Below are positions 60,654 to 64,000 of a DNA stretch of 64,000 nucleotides, piece by piece. The notes under the pieces were generated by a model, which did no database searches, was not told the origin of the DNA, and worked only from the letters and a program-made list of their open reading frames with translations. Made by a program: the position numbers and the translations under genes. The stretch is from Clostridia bacterium (GTDB lineage: Bacteria > Bacillota > Clostridia > Christensenellales > Borkfalkiaceae): the NCBI GenBank assembly GCA_029060985.1, contig JAIDSX010000064.1:1838-65837 (forward strand). Reading direction: 5' to 3'. Within the stretch, counting starts at the first letter, position 1; the number at the start of each line of letters is the position of its first letter.

Positions 60654-62204
60654 ATGTTACAGTCATTACTCAGTTCGGTCGGGATCAACGTTCTCGAATA
60701 CGGATACGAAATCGGGCTCAACTGGCTCGGAAAATTTGCGCAGGCGATCATCGAGGGCTGCGGTATTATCGGTTTGGGCATCATCGTGTTTACGATCGTG
60801 CTCAAAGCGATCGTGCTCCCCTTCGATATCTATCAGCGCGTCAGTATGCGCAAGCAGAATCTCGTGATGCAGGAGATGCAGCCCGAGCTTGAAAAACTGC
60901 AAAAGCAGTACGCAAACGACAAGACGACTTACAATCAGAAGATGATGGAGCTGTACAAAAAGAACGGGTACAGTATGCTCGGGGCGTGCTTGCCGATGAT
61001 CTTCTCCCTCGTCATTTTGATCGTTGCGTTCCAGGGATTCAGAACGTATTCGCAGTACGCAAACCTTGCAATGTACGAGCGTATGTCGCAAGTCTATACC
61101 GAAGCAATTCTCAAATACGCGCCCGCCGATAAGGACTTCGGCGAGGGGCGGAATTATTTTGTTCTCGCAGGCGAAGGCGAGGAAGAAAATCTTGCCGAAG
61201 GGAAGATCGTCTGGTCGGACGACGGCAGAACGATCGACGGAGCTGCGTTCGGCGTGGAAGGCGTTACCTATACCCTTCTTCCGCGTTCCCAAAACGAGAG
61301 CGGCGAATATACCGGCAATAAGAATATCGAAGTAAGCTCTTCGAATCCCGATCACTTTATCAGCTACCGGTATTGGATCGAGGAGGCGAAAATCACGTTT
61401 TCATATTCCGTCGATTCGGACAAGTTCCTCAGTAAGTATCAGGACGACGAGACTTACAAATCGATTCGGGAAACGGCGGCGGCAGAGGGAGTCGAAGAGG
61501 CGAAATTGGACGAAGTGGCGATCAACCGATACGTCGTCAAGCTCGGCGCGACGGCTACGGCGGAATGGTATCGGGACGGCAACGATTCGGGCTTCTTGTG
61601 GGTCAAGAACGTTTGGTATCCCGACGTTTCCTACAACCACCCCATCCAGACCTATTCGAAATTCAAAGACCAGCTCAACCATGACGTCACCTTGAAGGAC
61701 GGGTCGGAGGTAGAGCTTTCCTCCGTTCTCACCGAGACGGAGTACAACAATTTGGTTTCCGGGCTCACCGACGAGCAGGATCAGCCGAACGGATATTTCA
61801 TTTTGATCATTCTCTCGATCGGATTCATGGTGCTTTCGCAGTTCATTTCGATGCGGTCGAGCAAGACGAGCAACAAGTATCAGACGGTGGACGGGCAGGG
61901 CGCAAAGACGCAGAAGATCATGCTCGTCGTCATGCCGCTCATCTATGCGGTCTTCGCGTTCATGTACAGTGCGGCGTTCTCCATCTACATGACCATGTCG
62001 AGCGTCATTTCCCTGTTGACGACCGTGTTTGCCAATCTCATTATCGGCGCGATCTTCAAGAAGAAGTCGGAGAAGAAGGCGGCGGAGCGCGTCACCCGCA
62101 AGTACGCTTGGCAGATGACCGAAAAGGAAAAGCGCGAAAAAGAGAAAGAGGCGAAGAAGGAAGCCAAAATGAAGGAACGCGCAAACAGATTCAAACGCAA
62201 ATAA
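60654..62204 (+). CDS. yidC: YidC/Oxa1-family membrane insertase with a ~250-aa extracytoplasmic insertion and a basic C-tail
   Basis: 516 aa. Core motifs (LPFDIYQ, QPELEKLQKQY, NGYSMLGACLPM, GFLWVKNVWYPD). About aa 131-380 sit between TM2 and TM3. K/E-rich C-terminal tail. Confidence 0.88.
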   Translation: MLQSLLSSVGINVLEYGYEIGLNWLGKFAQAIIEGCGIIGLGIIVFTIVLKAIVLPFDIYQRVSMRKQNLVMQEMQPELEKLQKQYANDKTTYNQKMMELYKKNGYSMLGACLPMIFSLVILIVAFQGFRTYSQYANLAMYERMSQVYTEAILKYAPADKDFGEGRNYFVLAGEGEEENLAEGKIVWSDDGRTIDGAAFGVEGVTYTLLPRSQNESGEYTGNKNIEVSSSNPDHFISYRYWIEEAKITFSYSVDSDKFLSKYQDDETYKSIRETAAAEGVEEAKLDEVAINRYVVKLGATATAEWYRDGNDSGFLWVKNVWYPDVSYNHPIQTYSKFKDQLNHDVTLKDGSEVELSSVLTETEYNNLVSGLTDEQDQPNGYFILIILSIGFMVLSQFISMRSSKTSNKYQTVDGQGAKTQKIMLVVMPLIYAVFAFMYSAAFSIYMTMSSVISLLTTVFANLIIGAIFKKKSEKKAAERVTRKYAWQMTEKEKREKEKEAKKEAKMKERANRFKRK

Positions 62205-62222
62205 TAACATCGGAGTAAATAT

Positions 62223-63104
62223 ATGGAAAAATCACTCAATTTCACCGGCAAGACGGTGGACGAGGCAATCGAGGCAGGATTGAATGAACTCGGGCTTACC
62301 CGCGAGGACGTGGAAGTCGAGGTTTTGGAAGAGGGAAAGGTACGCCGTATCGGAAAGTCCGTGGCGGCGGAAGTCAAGCTGACCGTGAAAGAGAAGCAAG
62401 CGGCAGCGGGTGCCGAGGGTTCCGACGGCGCGCGCGCAGTTGCGTTTTTGGAGGGACTCTTCAAACAGCTCGGCGAAGAGGTCGTACCCGTTCTCGAAGG
62501 CGAGGACGAGAAAATCGTCATCAATTTGCAGTCCGCAACGGCAAAGGGCATTATCGGGCGCAGAGGCGAAGTGATCGACGCATTGCAGACGCTTGCGGGC
62601 GCAGTTGCGAACACGGGCAGAAAAAGCTATAAACGCGTCGTGGTTGACTTCGAGAACTACCGCGAACGCCGCGAAGAGACCTTGCAGCACGTGGCGGAGA
62701 AGTACGCGGCAAAGGCGGTAAGACAGGGCAGGAAAGTGCGTTTAGAGCCCATGAATCCCTACGAGCGCAGGATCATTCACGCGGCGCTCATGAACAACCC
62801 CGACGTGACCACGCACAGCGAAGGAAACGAGCCCGGGCGTTTCGTTGTAATCACTCCCAAGAATATCCGTTTCGATAAAAACCGTCACGGTGGCAAGGGC
62901 GACAGAAACAACCGCGGCAATAAGTACGGCAATTCGAACAAAGATAAAAACGGCGATAAGCCCTATCCGAAGCGCACCCTTCCTAAGGAAGACACGCCGC
63001 AGTCGTCGGGCACGAGCTTGAATCGCAGCGGCTCGTCCTATTCCCGTTTCTTCGGAAGCTATCTCGGAAACTCCCGCGACGAAGAGAACAACGACGAAGA
63101 ATAA
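62223..63104 (+). CDS. khpB: Jag/KhpB RNA-binding protein (Jag_N + KH + R3H) with a disordered C-terminal extension
   Basis: 293 aa. FTGKTVDEAIEAGLNELG N-domain and R3H motif MNPYERRIIHAAL. Confidence 0.9.
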   Translation: MEKSLNFTGKTVDEAIEAGLNELGLTREDVEVEVLEEGKVRRIGKSVAAEVKLTVKEKQAAAGAEGSDGARAVAFLEGLFKQLGEEVVPVLEGEDEKIVINLQSATAKGIIGRRGEVIDALQTLAGAVANTGRKSYKRVVVDFENYRERREETLQHVAEKYAAKAVRQGRKVRLEPMNPYERRIIHAALMNNPDVTTHSEGNEPGRFVVITPKNIRFDKNRHGGKGDRNNRGNKYGNSNKDKNGDKPYPKRTLPKEDTPQSSGTSLNRSGSSYSRFFGSYLGNSRDEENNDEE

Positions 63105-63117
63105 TTATTAAATAATG

Positions 63118-63145
63118 AAAAGCCCGCTTGTAAGCGGGCTTTTTT
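63118..63145 (+). terminator. Terminator after jag
   Basis: aaaagcccgcttgtaagcgggctttttt. Confidence 0.8.
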
Positions 63146-63184
63146 CATATTCAAATGCCAAATTGAAATTTTGTGTACGCCTTG

Positions 63185-63931
63185 TTATTTCATTACCTGC
63201 ATTTCTTCCAAAATGCCGTATGTGTTTTTATATGGTATGATCGTTATTGTTTTCTTTTCCTGCATGAACTTCGTTTCCCTGTGGGTAAACCAAGAATACG
63301 ACCACTTTTCTTTTGTTTCGCCTTTATCGTCAATATACCTTACTTTAATGTAGCTGACTATAAAGCTCCGAGCGTTTATAACTTCGCCTTCTTTGGGCAA
63401 TTTACCGCACCTGTCAATTCTACTATCTAAAAACATCGGATAAACAGCAAATTTTACAAAAGTGAGTATTGCAAACGGCGAAAGGCAAGTAAACACAATA
63501 GCGCAAGTCAAAAACTCTTTATAATGAAATCCGTTGGTACGGATTTCCGATTTGGATTTATTAACCGCCCAATTACTATTGGGATCAACCGTCACTGTGA
63601 ATTTTTTTCCAATAGATTGCATAACGGTTTCTTTGCTGAGATATCCGGACACACCTTTATAAACCCTATTGTTATAATGGCATTCCCAAATATAATACCA
63701 CCCCGAAGTACCAACGGAATCATCATCGATACGAATTTCGGAATCATAATCATAATCAACAGCAGTAGCTTCTAACTCGACGCCGTTTTCTAAAATATAT
63801 TCATATCGGAACTCATTACGATAAAACAACCAAAACACGATTGTGGCAACTATTACCGCAAAGTTAATTATTATAAAAATCGGTAAAATCCAACTTTTGT
63901 CTTTTCTTATTCCGATAGGCTTAACTTTCAT
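63185..63931 (-). CDS. Hypothetical membrane protein (TM - beta-rich domain - TM - beta-rich domain; DUF3592-like guess) in an AT-rich segment
   Basis: 248 aa. TM at ILPIFIIINFAVIVATIVFWLF and a second at CAIVFTCLSPFAILTFV. Composition is clearly AT-richer than the rest of the window. Confidence 0.5.
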   Translation of the reverse strand: MKVKPIGIRKDKSWILPIFIIINFAVIVATIVFWLFYRNEFRYEYILENGVELEATAVDYDYDSEIRIDDDSVGTSGWYYIWECHYNNRVYKGVSGYLSKETVMQSIGKKFTVTVDPNSNWAVNKSKSEIRTNGFHYKEFLTCAIVFTCLSPFAILTFVKFAVYPMFLDSRIDRCGKLPKEGEVINARSFIVSYIKVRYIDDKGETKEKWSYSWFTHRETKFMQEKKTITIIPYKNTYGILEEMQVMK

Positions 63932-64000
63932 TTTAACTCCGCGTTAGACCGTTAAATTACCTTTCATTATATCAAAAGCAATTGAAAAAAGCAAGAACGG

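Noticed and set aside
1-64000. Search for dnaA, recF, parAB, mnmE/mnmG, rRNA/tRNA genes, transposases, integrases, CRISPR-Cas or known defence-system genes.
   Set aside because: None of the translated ORFs shows the corresponding motifs: no DnaA AAA+/box VII plus HTH, no ParB, no Cas, no DDE or tyrosine recombinase. No spacer is long enough or shaped like a tRNA or rRNA gene. The absence of dnaA is reported as part of the origin finding rather than as a feature.

Overview
A 64 kb chromosomal window from a moderately GC-rich Firmicute. It looks clostridial: spoVT, veg, a SipL/SpoVID-like DUF3794+LysM gene and the spoVT-yabM-yabN synteny are present. I support 57 protein-coding genes, almost all housekeeping: mreB, maf, gyrB/gyrA, ispE, dxs, nadA, serS, cysS, a short alaS, rplM/rpsI, ppdK, GTP-PEPCK, rsmG, dnaN, rpmH, rnpA, yidD, yidC and jag. 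I found no rRNA, tRNA, CRISPR array, transposase or integrase. The window spans the likely replication origin. Coding strand flips at about 57.1 kb: 42 of 48 CDS to the left are on '-', and the next 8 are on '+'. The ypsA-like/dnaN intergenic region carries DnaA boxes, a DnaA-trio-like triplet array and an AT-rich tract. No dnaA or recF gene lies next to it or anywhere else in the window, and the usual dnaA-dnaN-recF-gyrBA / rpmH-rnpA-yidC-jag-mnmEG-rsmG order is rearranged. Other non-obvious signals: (1) four perfect DnaA boxes about 57 kb from the origin; (2) a 30-nt strictly alternating purine-pyrimidine GC hairpin abutting the gyrB Shine-Dalgarno; (3) a phage-like XRE switch driving an orphan ~124-nt terminated transcript with C-rich loops, a candidate RsaE/RoxS-like sRNA; (4) a 594-aa AlaRS lacking the C-Ala domain; (5) a membrane-anchored protein ending in a ribosomal uL15-like domain; (6) a cupin-sirtuin pair with atypical sirtuin motifs. 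I see no recognisable defence island or mobile element. All family calls come from reading the translated ORFs by eye, not from database searches.
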